NCBI GenBank assembly: GCA_963675595.2
Contig: CAXXLZ010000001.1
Location: 1,600,001 to 1,664,000 of the forward strand
Source of the DNA: Thermodesulfobacteriota bacterium
GTDB taxonomy: Bacteria > Desulfobacterota > Desulfarculia > JACQYL01
DNA length: 64,000 bases
Direction of reading: 5' to 3'
Shown: positions 37,633 through 45,966 of the stretch, piece by piece
Position numbering within the stretch: the first letter of the stretch is position 1
Layout of the letters: every line of letters starts with the position of its first letter
The notes under the pieces: generated by a model
Databases searched by the model: none
Seen by the model: only the letters and a program-made list of their open reading frames with translations
What the model was told of the DNA's origin: nothing
Program-made: the position numbers and the translations under genes

Positions 37633-40476
37633 ATGTATATCGCCTTGTTCGCTCTCTTTTTCGGCCTCGGTTGTCTCTTGCTCGTTCGAGGCATCAGGCG
37701 CAAATCTCTCTTTCAGGTTGTCGCGGGAGCAATAATCGGAGCAACGACCCTCGCCGTCTCCGTTCTGCTGAATTTTTGGTGCGAAATGCTTTGGTTCGAT
37801 TCCCTCGGATACTCGGACCGGTTCTGGACTGCCATGTTCGCCAAGGCGGGGTTTTTTGTATTGGGGGGGGCGATCGGTTGGCTGGTGCCGTACATCCTCC
37901 TCTACCCCGTGTCCGTAAGGCAGAAGACATTCAAACTCACGGCTTACGCCATAGGCGCTCTTATCGGATCGAGTTGGGGAACCTCCAATTGGGATACATT
38001 GCTCAAGTTCATTCATCGCACGGACATGGGGGTCGTAGACCCGATCCTTAAGAAGGACGTCGGATTTTACCTGTTTTCTCTCCCTTTTTACGACGCCCTT
38101 TACGGCTTGTTGCTGTTCCTGACCATCGCTTCCATCGGGGCCGACTTGGTGCTCCTGTTAGTGAGAGTCAGGGACGGGGAGCCGACATTGGATATGCCGT
38201 CGGACATCGACCAAATGGAGCCGGAACGCTACCGTCCTCTGTTTTTCACCGGCGGGGCGTTGCTCCTGGTCCTGGCCGCGGGAAAATTTATCGACCGGTA
38301 TCACCTTCTCTACTCTTCATGGGGCGTGGTCACCGGTCCGGGGTGGACGGACGTTAATGTGCGCCTCCCCGCATATTCCATCATGTGCGGGATCAGCGCG
38401 GTGCTCGGCATCCTCGTGTTACTTCCTCCAACCAGGGCGTTCTTGAGCCGCCTCATGGACCGTTTGGGTCCGGGAAGCCGTCGTTCACCACTCTACAAAC
38501 CCGGAATCGGATTAGTGGGTTTTTTCCTGATCTGGATACTCGTGCTTTCCGTCGCGCCCTACCTCTTCCAGAGACTGTTGGTGGAGCCCAATGAGATTAC
38601 CCTGGAGCTTCCTTACATCGAACATAACATCCGATTCACCCGACTGGGTTTTAAACTGAACGACGTCGAAGAAAGGAAATTTTCGGCGACCGGAGATTTT
38701 ACGCCGGAAATGGTGACGAATAATAAGAATCTGTTCGCCAACATCAGACTATGGGACTGGAGGGCACTCGAAGCGGTCTACCGGCAATTCCAGGAAATCC
38801 GTCTATATTATGAGTTCGTGGATGTGGACATCGATCGCTACCGGTTCGACAATCAGTACGGAGAGGTCATGGTTTCGGCCAGAGAGCTGAACTTGAGCAA
38901 CCTGCCGCCCCAAAGCAAAACCTTTGTCAACCAACGGTTCAAGTATACTCATGGAAACGGCATCACGCTGACCAAGGTGAGCGAGTTTACGCCTCAGGGG
39001 CTCCCCAATCTGCTGATCAAGGACATCCCGCCTCGCAGCGCATTTCCGGAACTAGAAGTGAAACAACCCCGCATTTACTATGGAGAACTTGCACACGGTT
39101 ACGCCGTGGTCAACTCCGCCGAACAGGAATTCGATTATCCGAGCGGCGAGGAAAACGTCTATTTCAGTTACGATGGCAAAGGAGGCGTGGTTCTGAACAG
39201 CGTCTGGCGGAAATTCCTGTTCGGATCCAGATTCGGAGGAACCAAGTTCTTCTTCTCCCAATATCCCACCCGAGAAAGTCGCATTCTTTTTCACCGGGAA
39301 ATTCGCAGTAGGGTTCGTACGCTTGCTCCGTTCCTGCGATACGACGGCGACCCTTACATCGTTCTCGCGCAAGGACGACTCTATTGGATCATGGACGCCT
39401 ATACCACTTCGACTTATTTCCCTTACAGCGAGCCCTATCTCTCCGAAAAACCGGGAGCGAAGCAGGCCGGGGACGGGACCGGAAAACCGCTTTTCAGGGA
39501 CGCGAGGTTCTTGAAGGGGGCCAATTATGTGCGCAATTCGGTTAAGGTGGTGGTCGACGCCTACAACGGCACGGTGAACTTCTACACCTTCGAGCCGAAA
39601 GACCCTCTGATTCAGGTCTGGAGCGCCATCTTTCCCGGCCTGTTGAAAAGCGCGGAGGAGATGCCCCCGGAGCTGCGCTCACACGTTCGATATCCCACGG
39701 ACATGTTACTCGCTCAAGGCATGGTGTATGCCAAGTATCATATGACGGACCCGAGGGTGTTCTATAATCAGGAAGACTTGTGGGTCCGTGCCACGGAGAA
39801 ATACTATAGTCGTGTTCAGCCGGTGGAGCCTTATTATATCATGTGGGAACCGCCCGGGTCCGACTCTCTGGAGTTCATTCTCATGCTCCCGTTTACCCCC
39901 AAGGATCGTCAAGTGCTGATCGGATGGATCGCCGGTATGTGCGATGGCGACAACTACGGTCGTTTTCTGTCCTATAATTTTCCTAAGGAAGAACGTGTCT
40001 TAGGGACGCAGCAGGTGGAGACCAAGATCGATCAGGATCGCTTTCTTTCGGGGCAACTCACATTGTGGGATCAAAGAGGTTCCAATGTAATCCGAGGCAA
40101 CGTACTCGTCATTCCCGTTGAAGATACGCTGATTTACGTGGAGCCGATCTACTTACGCGCCGAAACCGCTGCGTATCCGGAGCTGAGGTTGGTGGCGGTT
40201 ATGCACAAAGATGACCTGAGTTACGCGGAGAGTTTCGACGAGGCCCTCCAAGGCCTTTTCGGCAAGGAAGAACGCGAGACGCCTCTCGGAGAAACGGTTG
40301 CCGGACAACCCGGGAAGAGCTTCAAGAGCCTTGTGGACACAGCCAACGGAGCCTTCGAAGACTTTTTGAATAGCCTGGGGGATAAAAGATTCAGAGATGC
40401 GTCCACCGCCCTCGAAAATCTTCAGAAATCCCTGAAGCAGCTTTCTCGGTTTTCAGAAGGCCGTGATCAAGAATAG
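37633..40476 (+). CDS. UPF0182 family membrane protein
   Basis: LWF.SLGY, DP....D.GFYLF.LP, NIRLWD, D.DIDRY, YTHG.G, NYVRNSVKVVVDAY.G, RGN.LVIP, YVEPIYL. Confidence 0.93.
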   Translation: MYIALFALFFGLGCLLLVRGIRRKSLFQVVAGAIIGATTLAVSVLLNFWCEMLWFDSLGYSDRFWTAMFAKAGFFVLGGAIGWLVPYILLYPVSVRQKTFKLTAYAIGALIGSSWGTSNWDTLLKFIHRTDMGVVDPILKKDVGFYLFSLPFYDALYGLLLFLTIASIGADLVLLLVRVRDGEPTLDMPSDIDQMEPERYRPLFFTGGALLLVLAAGKFIDRYHLLYSSWGVVTGPGWTDVNVRLPAYSIMCGISAVLGILVLLPPTRAFLSRLMDRLGPGSRRSPLYKPGIGLVGFFLIWILVLSVAPYLFQRLLVEPNEITLELPYIEHNIRFTRLGFKLNDVEERKFSATGDFTPEMVTNNKNLFANIRLWDWRALEAVYRQFQEIRLYYEFVDVDIDRYRFDNQYGEVMVSARELNLSNLPPQSKTFVNQRFKYTHGNGITLTKVSEFTPQGLPNLLIKDIPPRSAFPELEVKQPRIYYGELAHGYAVVNSAEQEFDYPSGEENVYFSYDGKGGVVLNSVWRKFLFGSRFGGTKFFFSQYPTRESRILFHREIRSRVRTLAPFLRYDGDPYIVLAQGRLYWIMDAYTTSTYFPYSEPYLSEKPGAKQAGDGTGKPLFRDARFLKGANYVRNSVKVVVDAYNGTVNFYTFEPKDPLIQVWSAIFPGLLKSAEEMPPELRSHVRYPTDMLLAQGMVYAKYHMTDPRVFYNQEDLWVRATEKYYSRVQPVEPYYIMWEPPGSDSLEFILMLPFTPKDRQVLIGWIAGMCDGDNYGRFLSYNFPKEERVLGTQQVETKIDQDRFLSGQLTLWDQRGSNVIRGNVLVIPVEDTLIYVEPIYLRAETAAYPELRLVAVMHKDDLSYAESFDEALQGLFGKEERETPLGETVAGQPGKSFKSLVDTANGAFEDFLNSLGDKRFRDASTALENLQKSLKQLSRFSEGRDQE

Positions 40477-40520
40477 GGGCTCCCTGGTCGAGAACGAAAC
40501 GGAAGTAAAGGGAGGCATCC

Positions 40521-41156
40521 ATGGGCAAACAGAATGATCAACCCGACTCCGTCCGGCAAGGAATCACTCGAAGGGGTTTCATCACAGGAGTGGACGTCGG
40601 AGCGGCGGCGTTAACGGTTTCCACGTGTGTCTCCGCCTCCCGGGTAGAGGAACACGAACTTATCTCCTCGGGGGAAACCGTCAAAGTCACTCTCAACATC
40701 AATTCCCGCAAACACACTCTCCTGGTGGAGCCGAGATGGACTTTGCTGTTTGTGATCCGTGAAAGGCTTGGAATCACCGGTACCAAGGAAGGATGCGGCC
40801 GAGGAGAATGCGGAGCATGCACGGTTCTGATCGACGAAATCCCTCGGTATGCGTGCATGACCCTGGCCCTTGAGGCCGAAGGGCATGAAATTACCACTCT
40901 TGAGGGTCTGATGGACGGTGAACGGTTGGGAACGGTCCAGGAAGCCTTCATCGCGGAAGACGCTTATCAGTGCGGATATTGCACCCCGGGCCAGATCATG
41001 GCCGTCGAAGGCCTGCTGCGGAAGATTCCTGAGCCCTCCCCCGAAGAAATCCGCAGGGGCGTCAGTGGAAACCTTTGCAGATGCGGAGCCTACACGCACA
41101 TCTTCAAAGCCGCCGAGCGCGCCTCCAGGGACCGGTCGAAAGGAGGCTCCTCCTGA
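40521..41156 (+). CDS. Xanthine dehydrogenase-family 2Fe-2S subunit (PaoA/YagT-like) with RR motif
   Basis: TRRGFI, GTK.GC..GECGACTV, QCGYCTPGQ, GNLCRC. Confidence 0.9.
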   Translation: MGKQNDQPDSVRQGITRRGFITGVDVGAAALTVSTCVSASRVEEHELISSGETVKVTLNINSRKHTLLVEPRWTLLFVIRERLGITGTKEGCGRGECGACTVLIDEIPRYACMTLALEAEGHEITTLEGLMDGERLGTVQEAFIAEDAYQCGYCTPGQIMAVEGLLRKIPEPSPEEIRRGVSGNLCRCGAYTHIFKAAERASRDRSKGGSS

Positions 41157-43477
41157 TGGAAGGCAAGAAAGACATTTACTACCTTCACGGGTTGGCCGTT
41201 CCCGAGACGCCTGCCGCGGGCAATGCGCCCGAACCGTGGAAAGAGACTCGCGTGGTCGGCACTCGCCAACCGCGAGTGGACGGTTACGAGCGATTGAGCG
41301 GTTCGGCGATTTATCCCTCGGACGTCGTCTTACCGGGAATGCTTTACGGAGCCGTTCTCAGATGTCCTCATCCCCACGCCGAGATCGAAGACATCGATAC
41401 CTCCGCGGCGGAAAAGATTCCGGGCGTCCGGGCGGTGCTCACGGGTCGAAGCCCGGATGCCGAGGTTTTGTGGCGGGAAGATCAGGATTATCAGACCCTG
41501 CTGTTCAATCGTATCTGCCGATTCGAAGGAGAGGCCGTGGCGGCCGTGGCCGCGGACACCCCCTATATCGCATCGGATGCGCTGCGAGCCATCCGGGTGG
41601 AATACAAGGTCCTTCCTTTCACCGTTAACGAACGCCGCGCGTTGGAACCGGACGCACCCAAGGTCCATTCGCACGGCAACCGTGCGTCCGTGACCCATTA
41701 TGCACGGGGAGACGTGTTCAAAGGGTTGGAGCAGGCGGATGTGGTCCATGAAGAATCCTACCGAACCCAATGCGAAATCCACACGCCCATGGAGCTTCAC
41801 GGGTGTGCGGCGCGCTGGGAAGGCGATTCCCTGACCATCTGGGAATCGACTCAAGGGGTGTACGCCGTACAGGAAAAGGCGGCACGCGCACTGGGCATGC
41901 CGTTGTCGCGCGTCCGCGTCATCGGGCACTACATGGGCGGAGGATTCGGCAGCAAGTTGAAGCCGGGAAAATACACCATTATCGCGGCGCTGCTGGCCCG
42001 GATGACGGCCAGGCCCGTGAAACTTTTCCTCACGCGAGAGGAGACCTATCTCGTCACGGGCAATCGCCCACCCGTCGACATGCGCCTCAAAGCCGGCGTC
42101 AAGAAAGACGGAACCTTGACCGCATTGGACTTCTCCTGCGTGGGAACCGGAGGCGCCTTTCCCTCGGGAGGCACCGCTTTGGTGGATTGGCTGATTCGCG
42201 ATTTGTACACCTGCCCCAACGTTCGCACCGAGTCCACGGACGTGTTCATTCACGCCGGACCCGCTCGCCCCTTCAGAGCGCCGGGACACCCTCAAGGTTC
42301 CTGGGCGCTGGAGCAGATGATGGATGCTTTGGCCGAAAAGACCGGTCTGGATCCGGTGGAAATCCGTCTGAAGAACATCCCATTGTACAGTCAGGCGAGA
42401 GAAGGGAACCCACCTTATACCACGACGGGTCTCAAAGAATGCATTGTCCGGGGCGCAAGGGAGTTTGACTGGAAGCGAGCGCGAGCCCAAGCCGAAAAGA
42501 CCCGGAACCATACGATCCGTCGCGGCGTGGGCATGGCCTGCGCCCTTTGGTTCGTGGGCGGAGGCAGACCTCCTTCCACCATTGTGCTCAAGCTGTTTTC
42601 CGACGGCAGCGCCAACCTGAACATGGGAGCGAGCGACATCGGCACGGGTACGAAAACCGTCATGGCCATGGTGGTCGCGGAAGAATTGAGGATCAGCCCC
42701 CACATGATTCAAATAGAAAACGCCGACACGGGTACCACGCAGTTCGCCACTCCCAGCGGGGGAAGCAAGACCGTACCCACGGAAGCCCCGGCCGTGCGTG
42801 ATGCGGCCTTGCAGGTCAAGCGACAACTTCTGGAAATGGCGGCCAAGGATCTGGAGGCCCCGGTCTCGGAACTCAAGTTCGACATCGACGCTATCTTCTC
42901 CAAGACGGATTCCGGGAAGCGAATCAAGCTGACCGATCTCACGGACTTGAAAAAGGGAGGCGTGGTGGTGGGAATCGGCAGACGCGGGCCCAACCCGGAG
43001 CACAAAGTGGTCAATCCCTTTGTGGCCCAGTTCTGCGAGGTGCAGGTGAACATGAAAACCGGAGAAGTCGGCATCTTGAGATTTCTAAGCGCCAATGAAA
43101 GCGGCCGCGTGATGGACCGACTGACCTTCGACGGGCAGGTCGCGGGTGGAATCACCATGGGAATCGGGCTGGCCATGACGGAGATCCGCGTTCTGGACGA
43201 ACGTGCCACGGGCAAAATGCTGAACCGGAACTGGCACGACTATAAGCTGCCCACCGCCCTCGACGTGCCGCCCGTCATCGTCTCGGCGCCCGTGGAAATG
43301 CCCGACGACGAAGCCAACACGACCGGCGCCAAAGGACTGGGGGAGCCCGTGACCATTCCCACCGCGGGTGCGGTGGCCAACGCGATCCACCATGCCACGG
43401 GAATCCGCATGACGGAATCCCCCATGGATCCGACCAGATTGCTTGCGAGGCTGGTGCAGGCGACTAAGGAGGGATAA
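41156..43477 (+). CDS. Xanthine dehydrogenase-family molybdopterin-binding subunit (PaoC/YagR-like)
   Basis: PME, MGGGFGSK, FRAPG.PQG, DIGTG, GGS, GAKGLGEP; ATG overlaps upstream TGA. Confidence 0.92.
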   Translation: MEGKKDIYYLHGLAVPETPAAGNAPEPWKETRVVGTRQPRVDGYERLSGSAIYPSDVVLPGMLYGAVLRCPHPHAEIEDIDTSAAEKIPGVRAVLTGRSPDAEVLWREDQDYQTLLFNRICRFEGEAVAAVAADTPYIASDALRAIRVEYKVLPFTVNERRALEPDAPKVHSHGNRASVTHYARGDVFKGLEQADVVHEESYRTQCEIHTPMELHGCAARWEGDSLTIWESTQGVYAVQEKAARALGMPLSRVRVIGHYMGGGFGSKLKPGKYTIIAALLARMTARPVKLFLTREETYLVTGNRPPVDMRLKAGVKKDGTLTALDFSCVGTGGAFPSGGTALVDWLIRDLYTCPNVRTESTDVFIHAGPARPFRAPGHPQGSWALEQMMDALAEKTGLDPVEIRLKNIPLYSQAREGNPPYTTTGLKECIVRGAREFDWKRARAQAEKTRNHTIRRGVGMACALWFVGGGRPPSTIVLKLFSDGSANLNMGASDIGTGTKTVMAMVVAEELRISPHMIQIENADTGTTQFATPSGGSKTVPTEAPAVRDAALQVKRQLLEMAAKDLEAPVSELKFDIDAIFSKTDSGKRIKLTDLTDLKKGGVVVGIGRRGPNPEHKVVNPFVAQFCEVQVNMKTGEVGILRFLSANESGRVMDRLTFDGQVAGGITMGIGLAMTEIRVLDERATGKMLNRNWHDYKLPTALDVPPVIVSAPVEMPDDEANTTGAKGLGEPVTIPTAGAVANAIHHATGIRMTESPMDPTRLLARLVQATKEG

Positions 43478-43480
43478 GCA

Positions 43481-44467
43481 GTGTTGCCCCCGTTCAGCTA
43501 TATCAAAGCGAAGAACCTTCGGCAGGCGGTGGAGCATCTGGCAACGGAAGGTGCGTATGTGCACGCCGGAGGCACGGACCTGTTGGGCTGCCTCCGCGAA
43601 AGAATCTTTCCTGCGGACAAGCTGGTCGCCATCGGCGGGCTGAAGGAACTCGGAGCCATCCATCCCACCAAAGACGGTGGGCTCTCCATCGGAGCCTTGG
43701 CCACCATCACGGATGTCGAGTACCATCCTCTTGTGAAAAAGAGGTATCCCGGACTTTCCCAAGCAGCGTCCGAGGTGGCGAGTCCGCAATTGCGCAATCA
43801 GGGCACCCTCGGAGGGAATCTCTGCCAGAAACCCAGGTGTTGGTACTATCGCGGGGAGTTTCATTGTCTCAGGAAAGGCGGAGAGAACTGCTTTGCCGTG
43901 GGAGGAGAAAATCAGTTCCACTGCATTCTCGGGGGTGATCAGTGCTATATGGTGCACCCCTCGGACACGGCTCCGGCTCTCATCGCCTTCCGGGCTTCGG
44001 TCAAGGTTCAAGGTCGGAAGGGAACGAGAACCGTTCCGGTGGAGGAACTCCACGTTCGTCCGGAGGTGGACGTTCACAGAGAAACCGTGCTGGAACCGGA
44101 TGAGGTGATCACCGAAATCCTGCTCCCCTCCGTCCCGTCCGACCTGAAGTCCGCCTATCGGAAAGTCCGCGCGAGACGCTCCTGGGATTTCGCACTGGCA
44201 GGCGTCGCACCGGCCATTCTGTTCCGCGGTGAGGTGGTGGAAGACGCTCGAATCGTCCTCAGTGGCGTCGCGCCTTTTCCTTGGCGAGCCGTGGAATCGG
44301 AACGCGCGATCATCGGCAAGCGCATCGATCCGGAAACAGCCCGAGAGGCGGCGAGAGCGGCGGTCAAGGACGCCGCTCCCATGACCAAGAACGATTACAA
44401 AGTCTCCCTCATTCAGGCGGTCATTGAAGAACAACTTCTGGAAATAGCCCCAAAAACCGGACAATAA
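43481..44467 (+). CDS. Xanthine dehydrogenase-family FAD subunit with 4Fe-4S insert (PaoB/YagS-like)
   Basis: AGGTDL, QLRNQGTLGGNLCQKPRCWYYR...C.RKGG..C, HPSD. Confidence 0.92.
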   Translation: MLPPFSYIKAKNLRQAVEHLATEGAYVHAGGTDLLGCLRERIFPADKLVAIGGLKELGAIHPTKDGGLSIGALATITDVEYHPLVKKRYPGLSQAASEVASPQLRNQGTLGGNLCQKPRCWYYRGEFHCLRKGGENCFAVGGENQFHCILGGDQCYMVHPSDTAPALIAFRASVKVQGRKGTRTVPVEELHVRPEVDVHRETVLEPDEVITEILLPSVPSDLKSAYRKVRARRSWDFALAGVAPAILFRGEVVEDARIVLSGVAPFPWRAVESERAIIGKRIDPETAREAARAAVKDAAPMTKNDYKVSLIQAVIEEQLLEIAPKTGQ

Positions 44468-44490
44468 AGCATGAATGCGAGGTATCGACC

Positions 44491-44607
44491 ATGAACAAGC
44501 TGTTGATCACGGCCTTTGTTTGCGTGATCATTGCCATTGCCCTCTCAAAAACCGTTCGCAGAAAAAGAAGCAGATCTGTGACGGAGAAAAAGAAGGACGT
44601 GTCCTAA
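44491..44607 (+). CDS. Putative 38-aa single-TM small protein (below ORF-track cutoff)
   Basis: MNKLLITAFVCVIIAIALSKTVRRKRSRSVTEKKKDVS; GAGGT RBS; 23 bp after FAD-subunit stop. Confidence 0.45.
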   Translation: MNKLLITAFVCVIIAIALSKTVRRKRSRSVTEKKKDVS

Positions 44608-44838
44608 CTAGTTAAACCAAGCCGGATGGTTACCATAATCACATGGTTAAGTATGTTTAATATGCAGGCTTAATGTTGCCGTACACAACTGCTGCTTCAA
44701 TTCGTACTCCAATGTCCTGAGTCACTCTCCCATTACACCGCAAAAGCATGCTTCCATACTGATTTCGTCATCAGGCATCGCGAATTTTCTGAAAATAATC
44801 AGTGCAGGCATGGAATGCACACATGAAAGGAGTCACGG

Positions 44839-45837
44839 ATGCATAACGTCGCCATCAATGGGATGGGAAGAATCGGCAGGGCCGTATTTAAAATCATACT
44901 GGATACTCCCGGTCTTCACCTCGCCGCGGTGAACGACCTTCTGCCGACGGATAATCTGGCATATCTCCTCAAGTACGACTCGGTTTATGGTCGGTACGAA
45001 AAAGAGGTGAAAGCGGGGCCGAAGGGTCTGATCGTTGAAGGCGAGGAATATCGCATGTTCAACGAAAGAGAGCCCGAACGACTTCCCTGGGGTGAGCTGG
45101 GTATCGAGGTGGTTTTCGAGTGCACCGGCGTTTTCCGGAAAAAGGAAGACATGGAGAAACATCTGAAGGCGGGCGCCAAGCGCGTCATCCTCTCTGCGCC
45201 GGAAAAGACGGGCGAAGTGGAAACGGTCGTACACGGAGTCAAGACATCCGATGATTTCCCGCAATTGATCTCTTGTGCGAGTTGTACGACCAACTGCATC
45301 ACCCCGGTCGTCGAAATCGTTGGAAGAAGAATCGGGATGAAAAAGGCGGTCATGACCACCATACATGCCTATACGGCAAGCCAATCCATTGTCGACGGCC
45401 CCAAAAGCAAATGGAGACGCGGGAGGGCGGCGGCGGTCAATTTTGTTCCGACTTCGACGGGAGCGGCGCGTGCAACGACCAAGGTGCTCCCCCAATACCA
45501 GGGAAAATTCGACGGGGTGGCCGTCCGCGGACCCGTACCGGCGGGGTCCGTGGCCGATCTCGTATTCGTTACGGAACGCAAGGCGTCCGTCCGGGAGGTC
45601 AACGATATTTTTCGTGAAGAAGCGTCCGGCGAGAGATACGCGGGAATTTTGGGCGTTGCCGAGGACCCGATCGTCTCGTCGGACATCATCAAGGATTCGC
45701 GGGCGTCCGTCGTGGATTTGAGCATGACCCAGGTGGTGGATGGTGATTTGCTCAAAGTCATGAGCTGGTACGACAACGAATGGGGTTACAGTTCTCAGAT
45801 GGTCAGAGAAGCCGGCCGGATGACCCGTTCTATGTAG
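44839..45837 (+). CDS. gap: Type I glyceraldehyde-3-phosphate dehydrogenase
   Basis: INGMGRIGR, ASCTTNC, TTIHAYT, PTSTGAA, WYDNEWGYS. Confidence 0.95.
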   Translation: MHNVAINGMGRIGRAVFKIILDTPGLHLAAVNDLLPTDNLAYLLKYDSVYGRYEKEVKAGPKGLIVEGEEYRMFNEREPERLPWGELGIEVVFECTGVFRKKEDMEKHLKAGAKRVILSAPEKTGEVETVVHGVKTSDDFPQLISCASCTTNCITPVVEIVGRRIGMKKAVMTTIHAYTASQSIVDGPKSKWRRGRAAAVNFVPTSTGAARATTKVLPQYQGKFDGVAVRGPVPAGSVADLVFVTERKASVREVNDIFREEASGERYAGILGVAEDPIVSSDIIKDSRASVVDLSMTQVVDGDLLKVMSWYDNEWGYSSQMVREAGRMTRSM

Positions 45838-45966
45838 GGAACGCCCTTTTAGGTCGAGGTGTTGGATTCCAAAGCCGGGAGCGGCGCGATGAGGTCCCGC
45901 AACGTGTCGCGCCGTTGCCCGCGTTCGGCATATTGGATGCTTCCTCCGTGCCGGTCACCTCTCCCA

